This document shows positions 37,117 through 48,996 of a stretch of DNA of 64,000 bases, piece after piece. Origin of the DNA: Botryllus schlosseri (Eukaryota). The notes under the pieces are model-generated. The model made no database searches and had not been told where the DNA came from. It saw only the letters and a program-made list of their open reading frames with translations. The stretch covers positions 34,226,001-34,290,000 of the forward strand of contig CM119372.1 in NCBI GenBank assembly GCA_051294905.1. Direction: 5' to 3'. The number at the start of each line of letters is the position of its first letter. Within the stretch, counting starts at the first letter, position 1. A program made the position numbers and the translations under genes.

Positions 37117-39659
37117 CAGAGGTCTCAAACACGCGGCCTGCGGGCCGCATGCGGCCCGCGACGGCATTTTGGAAAATAAGTATTCAACGATACAATCAAG
37201 TGCCATATATCTTTTTTTAGGTATAGGAACTTGAAGTTCACGCTAAAACTACTATAGAAATTACTGAGATCTCAACAAACATCATTATCACATCACTTCT
37301 AACAACTACCATGAGGTAGAAGATCAGTTATTACGTCACATTTCTAACTCATGATGATAAAACGTGATGCATTGATGATTCGTGACTGAAAATTGTGATT
37401 TGGATTGGGGTGCGACCTTGTCGTAAAATAACTCGACTTGAGCTGGGTCAAACGCTGAAATCGGAGGAGGATATGCGACTCGGAATGGTGACTTGGCAAT
37501 CCTATAAGGACGCAACCAGGGCCGTAACTGCCGCATCCCAAACCCCAATTGGGGGGGGCGAGCTCGAAGGGGGCCCAATATTATTTCGAGAATTAGCATA
37601 AATTATAGTCTTTTTTGAAAAATTATGCAACTTTTTCAAAATATTTTCGCGCCGACGCGCGATTTCAAATTGCCAGATATGTGGATTATTAGGTACTCTT
37701 CCCCCAAGAAAAACACGCAAGATTTATAGAAATAGGCATATCACCGTTGGCCATTACCTTGCCGCGATGCACCAAGACATATAAAGTTTTAGGCCATGTA
37801 ACATGTGACTCCAAGAGGTGAGACAGAACGATCGACAGCGAGAAAACCTTGGCCGAAAATGACTGCCCTTATCCTGACCGAAAGCTTCCTTATCTATACA
37901 AAATACATATAAGTTAAATTGTCTTTAGGCGCCTAAATGACTGGCGCCGAAAGTTCCTGTCTTGGCAATCTGAACCTTACTAGACAAATACCATCCCGCA
38001 GGGAAAAATTATATGCCAGTTAAGAAATACCAATTTGAAATCGTGTGATCTTTTAGTTTAGTACGTTTAGGCGATTCTATATTTTTTGATATAGCAGGCA
38101 GGAGGTCACGAAATAACATCACGTAACGAAGTTATACCAGCGGGTCCGCCGGCCCGAAGATGAATAATTATTATTTACGGGCTCTACAGTTTCAAGACAC
38201 CTCACTCAGCTCTACTGGTAAATCTGATCACGTGAGCGGAGAGGACAAGAAATTGATAGCAATATATATGCAATTCCCGATCTTATTGACCGATTTTATC
38301 ATGAATTATTGAAAATTTTCGCGCCTGGTGCTGGCTCACTAAACGGTACGTGGCAAAGGCGAACAACGTGAGGGGAGTCGGTTTATCCCCCAATGGGAGC
38401 CTAAGATTCCCGTCTTTTTGGGGTGGACTGACGAAGTGTCGTTTCGTTCCTGCCAACGGGTATAGACCCGGAGATGTTTGATTATTATTGTGGGGTCATA
38501 CACCTTTTCAAGCACACCTCACTCTGCTCTACTGATAATCAGATTACGTGAGCAGAGAGAGGAAAAATTTGCTAGCAATATATATGCAATTCCCGTCCAT
38601 AATGACCGATTCAGTCATGAATTATAGAAATTTCTCGCGCTTGGCGCGTTTAGGCGAGAAAAGCTGACTCCCCAAACGGAACCCAATGTAGATGTTTAGT
38701 AGCGGTAAACAGCGTACAGTGTGAGGGGGGGGTATGGGGGCAGAAGTTCGGTTTATCACCCTATGGGGGGGCCAAGACTAACGTTTTTTGGGAGCCTGAC
38801 GTAGTGCTGCTACGGCCCTGGACGCAACAATCTATGAAACTGTCATAGGGAATAGTAATATATCAAAAAGTCGTAGCTTGCGTTGCGTAGGGTATATGGC
38901 TATCTCATCAGGTCAGTATGGCAACCATATATTTTCTTGGCCAATTTATTCAACTAGAAAATAGTGTTCGCGCTACGCGCGATTTTGTGAATGGGCTTAC
39001 TGATTTTAATAGGTTAGGTACCAACAGAAATTGTGTTGAAAATGGATTGGGGCTACGAGAAATCTTATTTGAAGCACAGGGGGTACGATCGCTAAGAAGG
39101 TCAATAAGCAATGCTATTACTATGGCTCAATAATGATTATATTTAAGTTGTTATTGATATATGGAAGGTAAAATCTCATGGTTATTTAATTTGAGTCTGA
39201 CAATGACAGTAACAATAGCCTATACTTATCACGACTATCTGAAAACCAGGATTAGACAACACCGCTCAAATGCTCTGATATCAGATCAATCTTCAGTAGA
39301 TTTTAAAATATTCTACATAAAGTTGTTGCTCGTCAAAGGTCCACTAGTTGCAATATTATAACCCCACAGTTTTACGATGCCCTGATGCATCCTCTCACAT
39401 GATGTCTATAACTCGAATATTAAAAAAAAAATCTGTCCGGCACAAAAACAATTTTATTCAAATATTTGAAAATGTTTTTTTCCTTGTCTCGCGTGAATAG
39501 TACAATAGTAAATTACATCTCCACGATGTTTGTGGAACGCCTGTCTGCAAGGTTCCATCAAATAAGGCCATTGATTATCCCTATTATTGATGCTGCGGCC
39601 CGCGAAATCATCAAAACTAGGAAATTGGCCCGCGAGCACATTTGAGTTTGAGACCTCTG
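37117..39659. mobile_element. hAT family B with nested family D
   Basis: TIR cagaggtctcaaac/gtttgagacctctg; perfect TSD TTCTAGAG. Confidence 0.92.
37517..38820. mobile_element. Family D non-autonomous element (CAGGGCCGTA TIR)
   Basis: TIR cagggccgta/tacggccctg; perfect TSD GACGCAAC; internal ~300-bp duplication. Confidence 0.92.
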
Positions 39660-41989
39660 TTCTAGAGTTATTTTCCTTATGGTCGATTTGGGTGATAGAG
39701 TCGGTCAGAGTTTATCGACTTTCGCAAAATCGTGGCTTTCAGTCCGTTTCCTGTGCCTTATACCAGAAAGGCGTATTCTGTCTATTTTTTCTCTAATTCT
39801 TTTTTCTGTGTGCATTTTGAACTGAATGAAAATCGGCAAAAATGAGAGATACCCTTATAATTTGAGCGCCGCAATTTTGCCTAGCCTAGTAAATGCAATA
39901 TATATATCAGGGCTTATGCGGTTGCTATGGTTTGGACTTCGGAGTGATATAAAATCTCACTATAAAACAGGGGTCATCAACACGAGACCCGCGTGGTCAT
40001 ATTTTGCCGCCAGCGATGAGTTGAAAATTCGGAAGAAGGTTTATTAAAGAATTTTGAAATTCTGGAATTTCAACTTCAAAATATTATTGTTGTTGTTCAA
40101 AGTAGGAGGTGAACAGGACGAAGTTAACAGGTGATTAGCACGCATGTCTTTTATTGCATGATTTTTTTAGTCCAAATTCTATATTGTAGGCCGTGAAGTC
40201 GTTTACAAATGAGGAGACCCTGTTTAGCTACGTACCCAGTGAGCTATTGAACGACGATGATATTGTCTTTCGAAAGGTAGAGTTTGAACATTCAATGTTA
40301 ACATGCCTACCAGCCCACGACATAACTTTGTGTACAAGGAATTCTGCTCTTGAAATTAAACCCAAAATACATTTCTACAATTATGTTGATACGCTTTTGA
40401 GAGGACTTGCAATCGAAACAAGGCTATGCCTTTCTTCGCACAATTGGCTAAAGATAATTAATAGGAACGCTCGCATAACTGACGGATTTTTTGTTTGTAT
40501 GTTGAGTAGGCCGCGCATTTGTTTGTTTGTTTTTCATCAATTACAATCACCAAAACATCACGATGCAATTATAAGATAGGAAGGAGTCGAACTGATATAT
40601 ACCTTGGCATTGCATATAGAAAATTCAAATATGAGGCATCCACTCTGAATTGGAAATTATTGTAATATTCGCTTGATTTCCTGCAAAAGATATTCGCTAA
40701 TTGCGCTATACTCTTCTTAAGGTTAAGTCCACCGTGTTTCAGTATTATATCCAATGGGTGTTGAAAGTCGCTACGATAATATGGATTGGTCATGAAACAT
40801 GTCCCTCTATTCTTGTATTGCACAATTGGATTTGATGTCATGGTAACATTTGTCTGACATTTGGTTTCTTCGAAGAGGTTCAACGTGCGTGGTAATATGC
40901 CAGAAAGGCTGTTTCTGTTCGACCTACTGCAGTTAAGTAGTCGTATCACAGTAGCCTAACGTTTTCTTACGAGCTGGTCGTCATTTACTGCCATGGCATC
41001 CTACAAAATAGTTATTGAACGCAGGGATGGTTTGAACGTGAGATTCACGTTCGCGTTCTGTGTATGAACCCCTGGAATTTGGAGGTTCACGTTCACAAAC
41101 GAACCTAGTGAACCTAGCACTAAACGAGTATGCACCTTTCCAATTTCAAAAATTATTTTCTCGGAATATTCAGCTCTTCGTTTGTGAATCATTTGTACCT
41201 CAGCTGTGAGCGTTGCCCTCAATAACGTCATAGCAAGAACGAAACACACCGCATGTAGGAAGCCAGTGAATTGTGCTTAGTCAACAAATCAGTTATTTAC
41301 AGCAACGTAATTGATATAATGCAGCGGTATCCAAAGTGGTGCCCGCGGGCTACCGGTAGCTCGCGAGAACCACATGAGTCGTCCGCGCTCGCAGTAGGAA
41401 GTACTTGAAGGGGCACTGCACTCTAAAATTTTGGCCGCAGCCGTTTGCTTCAGGACGCCACCGTAATGGAGCTGCAATGTATTGAAATTTCCACAAACAC
41501 ATCACGCTCCAGCAGTCACGCAGAGATCGAACTTTATATAGTTGTCGGCCAATGTTATGAAGGAAATATGTCGTACACGACAGAAATAGAATACACTAGG
41601 CCCGATTTTGACATAAATCTTATGACTGAATATCTTCCGTTGAACGCGGTATGTAAACCACGTTAGCGTGATTATTTCGAGAAAACTTTTGTAACAAAGC
41701 AAGTCCAAAAATGATATTGTAAATCACCATAAGTATCGTGTTTTGAATCAGTTTCTATTTTACTTGAAAATTATCTATACGCGATTTAGTTTTATCGGAT
41801 ATCTTGATTTTAATATGGGTGCATAAATATCTAGAAAAACCAATCGTATCAGCAATACGTCATTCTAATATCGCACGATACGGCTGGGATGCTTTAGTCA
41901 AAGGGTAGGAGCGGAGATGTTAGGCATGGGCGTTTTCTGCAAGAAATTAGGCAAATATTACGTGTAATAAACGTTAGCTATGATGCTTT

Positions 41990-42730
41990 GGCAACCCAAA
42001 GTATACTCCTCTGGACATATACTTTACGACTCGCTGGCGTTCAAGGTTTTTATAACAGCCATCGGGTACGAGCTCATACCATCTGGTTCGGGCTCGATGT
42101 ACACCTACCGAATTCAAATCCGCGATTGGCAATACCGGAAGGTAATTGTATTGGGTTTTGTTTTGTTTTGTTGCTTTTTGTGGCTAGTAATTCAACTGAC
42201 AACGTGGCAACGAGTAATTAACTTTAACATGAAAGTATTCCAAGCCAAATCAGCCTTTATGATACGACGAGGAAATATTATGAGGATTCAATTTTGCAGC
42301 TCTCGAATTCAGGCATATCTAGTTAATCATTTCGGCCGAAAGCTTCAAAGCATCGTTAATGTACTAAGGGTTCTCTCTCAAAAGTGGTACAGTGCCTCTT
42401 ACTTCGACTTCTACACGCTGCTCGCTGCAGGATACAATACCTCGTCTGGAACATTTTGTGGAAAATAACCTGAGCTAGCGTGACGGCGAATTGGCGATGT
42501 AAAAGTACGCGCAATTTTGCCTGAATTATGATAAACCTCTGTATGCATGGAGACATGTCGCAAACAGCTACGGTATATATTTCGCGTGTAGGTCGACGAA
42601 AGAATTCATGATTTTACAGATTCTCAGATCTTAATTTGCAATGAGAACTCGGGAATATGTATAGAGCTATTATTCTACTATAACCATATGCCCCTCATAA
42701 GACCAGCGTCCCCCTTATCGCCCCTGGGCA
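41990..42730. mobile_element. Internal fragment of hAT family E just upstream of the zinc-finger ORF
   Basis: Colinear similarity with ~18690-19600 (e.g. tcgatgtacac..gcgattggcaatac, ttcggcc.gaaagcttcaaa, ttttgtggaaaataac). Confidence 0.7.
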
Positions 42731-42962
42731 GATCAAATAAAATTGTGCAGTATTGCTGCTATTGAGTTTGACATCAACTAACCTACAGTCCCTGGAATGT
42801 TCCATGCGAATTTTACTTCCTTGACTTGCTATTTCAGATCGTTTTGTTACAAATACCAACAAGCATTTTTATCATACATATTCAATACTTTGAAGTTCAC
42901 CAAGACCAGAATTCCCGGTCTCTGAGATCTGCGACAAACATTTTCGTCAATTGAGGAATGTC

Positions 42963-44858
42963 ATGGAGTCGCATCATCAACATTTTCATGATGATAGTAT
43001 CAGTCATAATTGTTCAATTTGTGGGAAGGAATTTGCTCAAGAGGGTCTCCTCACGGCTCATACCAATATTCATCACTGGTGCGACATATGTGGAAAAACT
43101 TTGTCTACAAAAAGCAATTTGAAGTTGCACAGGAATAGACATGCCGGTGTCCAAAAAAATCAAAAGACTTATAAATGTGGTGTTTGTGATAAAGAATTTC
43201 CTTTGCGATTTGACTTTAAGATGCATATGAATGTTCATTTGGGAGCTGAAAATTATGAATGTGAAGTTTGTGGTAAGACATTCTCCATGAAAAGTTACCT
43301 GAAGCGGCACATGGATAGACATACTGGAGTTACAGTCAAATGCGATATCTGTGGAAAGGAGTTTTCTATGGCACACTACTGGAAGACGCATATGGCTATA
43401 CATTCGGGTGCTGGGAAACATAAATGCACTATTTGCGGGAGAGACTATTCTTGCAAATCCTACTTGAAGACTCATATGGTACTGCATACTGGAGACAAAC
43501 ATTATAACTGTGATATCTGTGGGAAAGGTTTTTCATGGAAATACCACCTGGAGAGGCATATCAATCATGTACATGATGGTGTGAAAAACCATAAATGCGA
43601 AATTTGCGGTATACGGTTTTCTTTCAAGTGCAACTTGAAGAATCATTTGGATGTACATGCTGGTGTCAAAGCTCACAAATGCGATGTCTGTGGTAAGGGT
43701 TTTTCTCGAAAATCAATGCTGATGCTACATCTGGGTGAACATGGTGGACTCAGAAATCATAAATGTGAAATTTGTGGGAAAGAATTCCTTATCGATAGTT
43801 CTCTCAAGAGTCATATGCTAATGCATTCTGATGTGAAAAATTATAAATGCGATATCTGTGGGATGATGATGGCTCGAATGGATTACCTAAAATCTCACAT
43901 GAGAACTCACACCGCGGAAAGAGATCATAAATGCCATGTTTGTGGAAAAACATTCGCGAGAAAATACTATGTCAAGTCTCATATGAAGAGCCATAATACG
44001 GAGAAAATCCACGGATGCGAAATTTGTGGAAAGGATTTTTCATCGAAAGAACACCTCCAGATTCACATTAAAAGTCATAGTGCAGATAAAAGTCACAAAT
44101 GTGACATTTGTGGCAAGGAATTTCATCTAAAGAATAACCTGAAGACTCACGTAAATATTCATAGCGGTGTTAAAGATCATCAATGTGAGATTTGTGGAAA
44201 AGAATTTAATCAAAAAATTAACCTCAAGACTCACATGAATATTCATACTGGTGATAAAAATCATACATGTGATATTTGTGGAATAGAATTCGCTGCGAAG
44301 CAGAACCTCGAGAAACACTTGGCTCTTCATAGTGGCGTTAAAAATCATCAATGTGACGTCTGCGGGAAACAATTCGCTACTCGTCAAGTTCTGAAAACTC
44401 ATTTGAATATTCATAACGATGTAAAAAATTACAAATGTTACATTTGTGGAAAAGAATACGGTAGAAAATTTTGCCTTACAAGTCATATGAAAATTCACAG
44501 TGACGATAAAAATCATGAATGTGCGATCTGCGGTAGGAAATACCGTCATAAATGCGCCTTGAAGACTCATATGAATATACATTGCGGTCTTAAGGAACAT
44601 AAGTGTGATGTATGTGGAAAGGAGTTCTCAAAAAAGAATAACCTCCTTACTCATTGCAAAATTCATATTGGTGCAAAAGATTATAAATGTGAGATTTGTG
44701 GAAATGAATTCACTCAAAAGTCAAATCTCAATAAGCACACACATATTCACAGTGGGGAAAAGAATCATCAATGTCAAATATGTGGAAAGAAATTTACTCA
44801 GAAGCACACCCTCGATACTCACTTAACAAGTCATGGTCGAGAGCAATGTTCCCTCTAA
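42963..44858 (+). CDS. Tandem C2H2 zinc-finger protein, 22 fingers, no effector domain seen
   Basis: Uninterrupted ORF; 22 CxxC-x12-HxxxH(H) units counted from the translation. First ATG at 42963 (the ORF track starts at TTG 42951; in-frame TGA at 42891). An upstream spliced exon cannot be excluded. Confidence 0.9.
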   Translation: MESHHQHFHDDSISHNCSICGKEFAQEGLLTAHTNIHHWCDICGKTLSTKSNLKLHRNRHAGVQKNQKTYKCGVCDKEFPLRFDFKMHMNVHLGAENYECEVCGKTFSMKSYLKRHMDRHTGVTVKCDICGKEFSMAHYWKTHMAIHSGAGKHKCTICGRDYSCKSYLKTHMVLHTGDKHYNCDICGKGFSWKYHLERHINHVHDGVKNHKCEICGIRFSFKCNLKNHLDVHAGVKAHKCDVCGKGFSRKSMLMLHLGEHGGLRNHKCEICGKEFLIDSSLKSHMLMHSDVKNYKCDICGMMMARMDYLKSHMRTHTAERDHKCHVCGKTFARKYYVKSHMKSHNTEKIHGCEICGKDFSSKEHLQIHIKSHSADKSHKCDICGKEFHLKNNLKTHVNIHSGVKDHQCEICGKEFNQKINLKTHMNIHTGDKNHTCDICGIEFAAKQNLEKHLALHSGVKNHQCDVCGKQFATRQVLKTHLNIHNDVKNYKCYICGKEYGRKFCLTSHMKIHSDDKNHECAICGRKYRHKCALKTHMNIHCGLKEHKCDVCGKEFSKKNNLLTHCKIHIGAKDYKCEICGNEFTQKSNLNKHTHIHSGEKNHQCQICGKKFTQKHTLDTHLTSHGREQCSL

Positions 44859-47281
44859 TTTTTCAAGAGTCTGCGCAAACACGCCAACTCACTGCGCAGG
44901 CCCTCGGACAACAGTGCGCAACCACCCACCAATAGGGTGATAAAAGTAACTACTGGGGGGCGAAGCGCCCCAGACCCCCCGACGACTCTAGGCTTCTTCC
45001 GGTACTTATCATGTATATTGGGTGCCCATCTAGTAGTAACGTCCCTAAACGCGCGAAGCGCGAAAAAATTTCTATAATTCATGATTGCATCGGCCAATAT
45101 GATCGGGAATTGCATATATATTGCTATCAATTTTTATCCTCTCCCTGCTCACATAATCAGATGTACCGGTAGAGCTGATCCAGTGAGGTGTGTTGGAATA
45201 GATAGGCCCTCTAAACAATAATAAAACATCTGCGGGCGTACCCGTTGATATAATGACTTCGTTACATGATGCTATTTCGCAGTGTTGGGATGACTCGAGT
45301 CACTTTTTCGTATGACTTGACTTGACTCGAGTCACTTTGCTAAAATGACTCGACTTGACTTGACTCGGCGTATCAGAAATGTGGATTGACTCGTGACTCG
45401 GAGCAAAATTCACGAGTCAATTTCAAGTCATCAAGTAATCGGTGTCGATAAAAATCACTGTATCTTGCATATGTTCGGATGGTTCGCGAAACTCTGGTGT
45501 AACCCGTGAGAGCGACCAATCAATCAAAGATCGTGCGTTTTACTGAGCCTCCATCGTTCTCTCACAAATATATTGATCGCAAACGAAGGGATCGAAGCTT
45601 ACAGCCTACGCTGTCGTAAACTATACTATAGTAAGGTAATTTAATAGCAAAATGTCTATTCCTGCTCTGCGTTCTTAATTTGACCGAACCTCTTGTTTTG
45701 TTGAAATTGAATTCGAAAATAGTTTACATAGTCCTCAACCATTGGCCCAGGCTCGAATTGTATCATATCAATATGCAAAAGGGTAATGTATTGTACCTTA
45801 TCTATTCGTTTCTCTATTTTGGCTGGTAACTATAAACTGAGGCTGTGCAATTACTTACGTAGTTTATTAGTTCTACTTGTATGCGAGCGATACAGCGCCT
45901 TACTTGGGTGTATATTTAACTCTATATTCGTTCATCGGTTCAAAATCAATGACCACTCAATCTGTATTTCAGACAGCTAGCAAAATACAATGACATAATC
46001 ACGCCTCATACCTCGAAAAGGCAATTTGACTTGAATTGTGACTTGACTCGTGACTTGACTTGACTCGACTTGACTCGAGTCACCTCCAAAAATCGACTGA
46101 CTTGACTTGACTCGAGTCACCTTCGAAAATCGACTGACTTGACTTGACTCGAGTCAAAATGTACAATGACTCGAAATGACTCGTGACTCGAAGGTAGTGA
46201 CTTGATCCCAACACTGCTATTTCGTGACCCCCTATCTGCTATGTCAAAAGATATTGAAATCGCCAAAACGTACTAAAGTAAAAGACGTACACGATTTCAA
46301 ATTGGTATTTCTTGGAAAATAATGTTCCCTCGATATGGGACTCGGATCGCGAGGACAGGAACATTCGGCGCCAGCCATTTAGGCGCCCGTGGACATGGAC
46401 AATGACACATATATTTGTATATATCGAAGTTTTCGGTCAGCACCGGGGCAGTCTTTTTCGCCCAAGGTTTTCTCGCTGCTGATCGTTCTGGCGCACTTCT
46501 TGGATTCGCCTGTTACGTAGCCTTTAACTTCATATGTTTTGGCGCGTCATGGTGCGGTAATGGCCGACGCCCAACTGCCCATTTCTATAAATCATGCCTA
46601 ATTTATGTTGGGAAAGGGTACCCAATAATCAGATATCTTACAATAATAAAACGCGCGTAGCGCGAAAAAAAATCCTGAAAAATTTCAAAAAATACACCAT
46701 GATTTATGTTAATTCTCGAAATAATTTTGGACCCCCTTCGAGCTCGGCCCTCCAATTGGGGGGTTTGGAGTGCGGAAGTTACGGTCCTGAGTAAATCTTA
46801 CGCAATGTTCATGCCACACGGAGAAGACTATCATTCGTTAGTTTCTCGCAGATTAACTTCGAGCTAGCCCATTGTTATTTATAACTTTGTTAAACCATGT
46901 TATTTCGCCATTCCCAGAAAATAATGTGCTATTGAAATGGTATCAGTATCGCTTACGTGTACGAGGCCCTACTAAAAAATATTTTCCGTGAGGCGCAGGT
47001 GATTGTGAACTCTCAATTCTTCACGGAGCGCAATAGTTACATTTGCGGGGTGCACTTGTACCTCGGTTTCAGATTTCAGTGATAACACTATTTGGCCCTG
47101 ACAATGTTCCATCTTAATTTTCACGAATCTGCGCGCCTGCGTGGTCCATTGGACAACAGTGCGCAACAACTATAAAAAAAACATCATTTCTGATTTGTTG
47201 TGCGCAGCGTATATTTTCTGTGCGCAGAGACCGTTTCAGCACTGCGCATTTGCGCACGTGCGCAGCTTAGAGGGAACATTG
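44844..47281. mobile_element. hAT family H inserted into the 3' end of the zinc-finger ORF; contains family D (~44925-46789), which contains a MITE
   Basis: Perfect 15-bp TIR CAATGTTCCCTCTAA/TTAGAGGGAACATTG; perfect TSD GTCGAGAG (44836-43, 47282-89); TGCGCA subterminal motifs. Confidence 0.92.
45280..46216. mobile_element. hAT MITE (CAGTGTTGGGAT TIR), inverted copy of 14751-15660
   Basis: TIR cagtgttgggat/atcccaacactg; perfect TSD CTATTTCG. Confidence 0.92.
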
Positions 47282-47289
47282 GTCGAGAG

Positions 47290-47435
47290 TACAGTTAGAA
47301 AAGTGGGCATTTGTAGGAGGTAATATCTGGAAAGGATAGCCTCAAAAGGCATCTATATGTCCATTTTCTCGTCAGAGCGGGAAGAAGAAATTCGTTCAGA
47401 AGAGCAACCTCGATAATCACTCATTAAGTCATAAT
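47290..47435 (+). pseudogene. Decayed zinc-finger repeats, former continuation of the array
   Basis: Frameshifted IC..SGKDSLKRHLYVH, and GKKKFVQKSNLDNHSLSH at 47379-47432, resembling the last intact finger GKKFTQKHTLDTHLTSH. Confidence 0.7.
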
Positions 47436-48374
47436 TCTGGCAAAAATTCGGAATGAAGCATTTATGGGACGGAGCCTCAAAGCACATTCAGATATCCTTT
47501 GTTAGTGTAGTGTAACTATTAGATAGAAGTCTCGGCGGAACTTGTATGACTCATCTGATTTCACGAGTCGTCAATGCGTTTTGCTTTTAAATGACAGTCA
47601 AAACAACATCGTAAAACACTACTCTTGCTTTACTATTGGAGTAAATTAGTAAACAATGCATGTGAACATTAGTGCTGAAAATGAGCTGTGAGGCCCAGGC
47701 GCTCTTTTTGAAGACATAATTCGTTTTCAACTGCTTGCATACTGACTTCTCTATAATCACATTAACGTTGAAGTTGAAAATTTTGTTGTCGTGGTCTTTT
47801 ATTTTACCGCATACCTTCGCATTTCTTGAGTGTTTTAATAAATTAGCCAAACTTCATTTAGGGACTATTAGGGCATTTCATAGTACTACACAGTGAACAG
47901 TAGATTCAGTAATACTGAGCAGTGAGCATCAGTAAGAGAACGGCACACGTTGGTTACGGCGGCTCTGTCATTGTTTGCGTGTGGACCATTGTCACGTCAA
48001 GTCAAGACCCATTCGTTGCTATCAGAAAGTTTACCGTCGTTCCCGACAAGAACATGTTCTATAGCGGAGATGGCCAAACTGCGGATCTGGACATTTTATT
48101 GTGGTTCTTAAATGTTTGCACAGATGCAGCTATCCCGTTATTGGTGAGATAAGTAATATGATTAAGCAATCGATCTCTGGTATCGATTTGAGATGGTCGT
48201 TTCCTGCGCAACAATGTCTACATTGCGTTCAGTGATGAACTAGAATTCTGTGTTTCCCAAATTTTGTTGAGCTACCGCCCCCTGGACAGCGAATAAACTG
48301 CCAGCGACCCCCGACCTCCTTCGCCACGCCTGAATCATAAAAACGAAAGTTATTCTGCATTTACTACAGCTTAA

Positions 48375-48980
48375 TTAATGACACGGATGAAGTTGGTGTA
48401 TTCTTTTCACCATCCTCGTCATATTGGGTTTGAGTTTTGATATGAACAATCTCATTCTAAATTCTCCAGTCTCCACGTCCCATGCTTGCACGTAGGTTTT
48501 GCTGTGAGTCAGAAACTTAGTCACGGCACTGAAAGCACATTCTATTAAATAACAGCGGGGAAATGCAACGACGAAAAAGACAACCCTACCCCAGTGGGGG
48601 TATTACTATTCGATTTAATTGTATATCCAGAGTTGTTGATTGGAGATATTGAACTTTCACTTGAACTAAAAATTGTTCTACACTTCAATATAATCAGCTC
48701 CACAATTATTTCATGCTCGGAAACTTTACAGAATGGCTTGATTATCCGGCAAGGGATTTGTAATAGGGATATATCCTGGAATCAAATCACCACATCATCG
48801 TGCAGTTTTCTGAAATGGTCGATATATGTTTCTCCGTCAAAGTAGGATATTCGAGCTGGACTGGTAGCCCATGCAAGCTTTAGATTCGGAACAATTCTCG
48901 TGTCGCAAAATTTCGGTGAAATATCACGGGCTTATCACTAAATCCAGGCAGTGCCATTTCCACCTTTATGCGTTTTCATA
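48375..48980 (-). pseudogene. Buster/Charlie-type (ZBED5/SCAND3-like) hAT transposase C-terminal remnant; host element possibly ~48248-52347
   Basis: HWGRVVFFVVAFPRCYLIECAFSAVTKFL..RMRLFISKLKPNMTRMVKRIHQLHPCH* resembles the Buster C-terminus (AFP.SYL.E.GFSAV..HQ.HPSH*); upstream YIDHFRKLHDD..FQDI..IP..I.PF with stops. Confidence 0.8.
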
Positions 48981-48996
48981 TTACTAACAACGGATA

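Noticed and set aside
40150..40950. Possible Penelope-like RT relic on the minus strand (FLYAMPR, YASVPI, YFGFN)
   Set aside because: Motif resemblance is too weak to call without an HMM search.
41980..42468. 162-aa ORF as an N-terminal exon of the zinc-finger gene
   Set aside because: Lies inside repeat family E and has no domain similarity I recognise.
43014..44826. Antisense and alternate-frame ORFs over the zinc-finger gene
   Set aside because: Expected shadows of a repetitive coding sequence.
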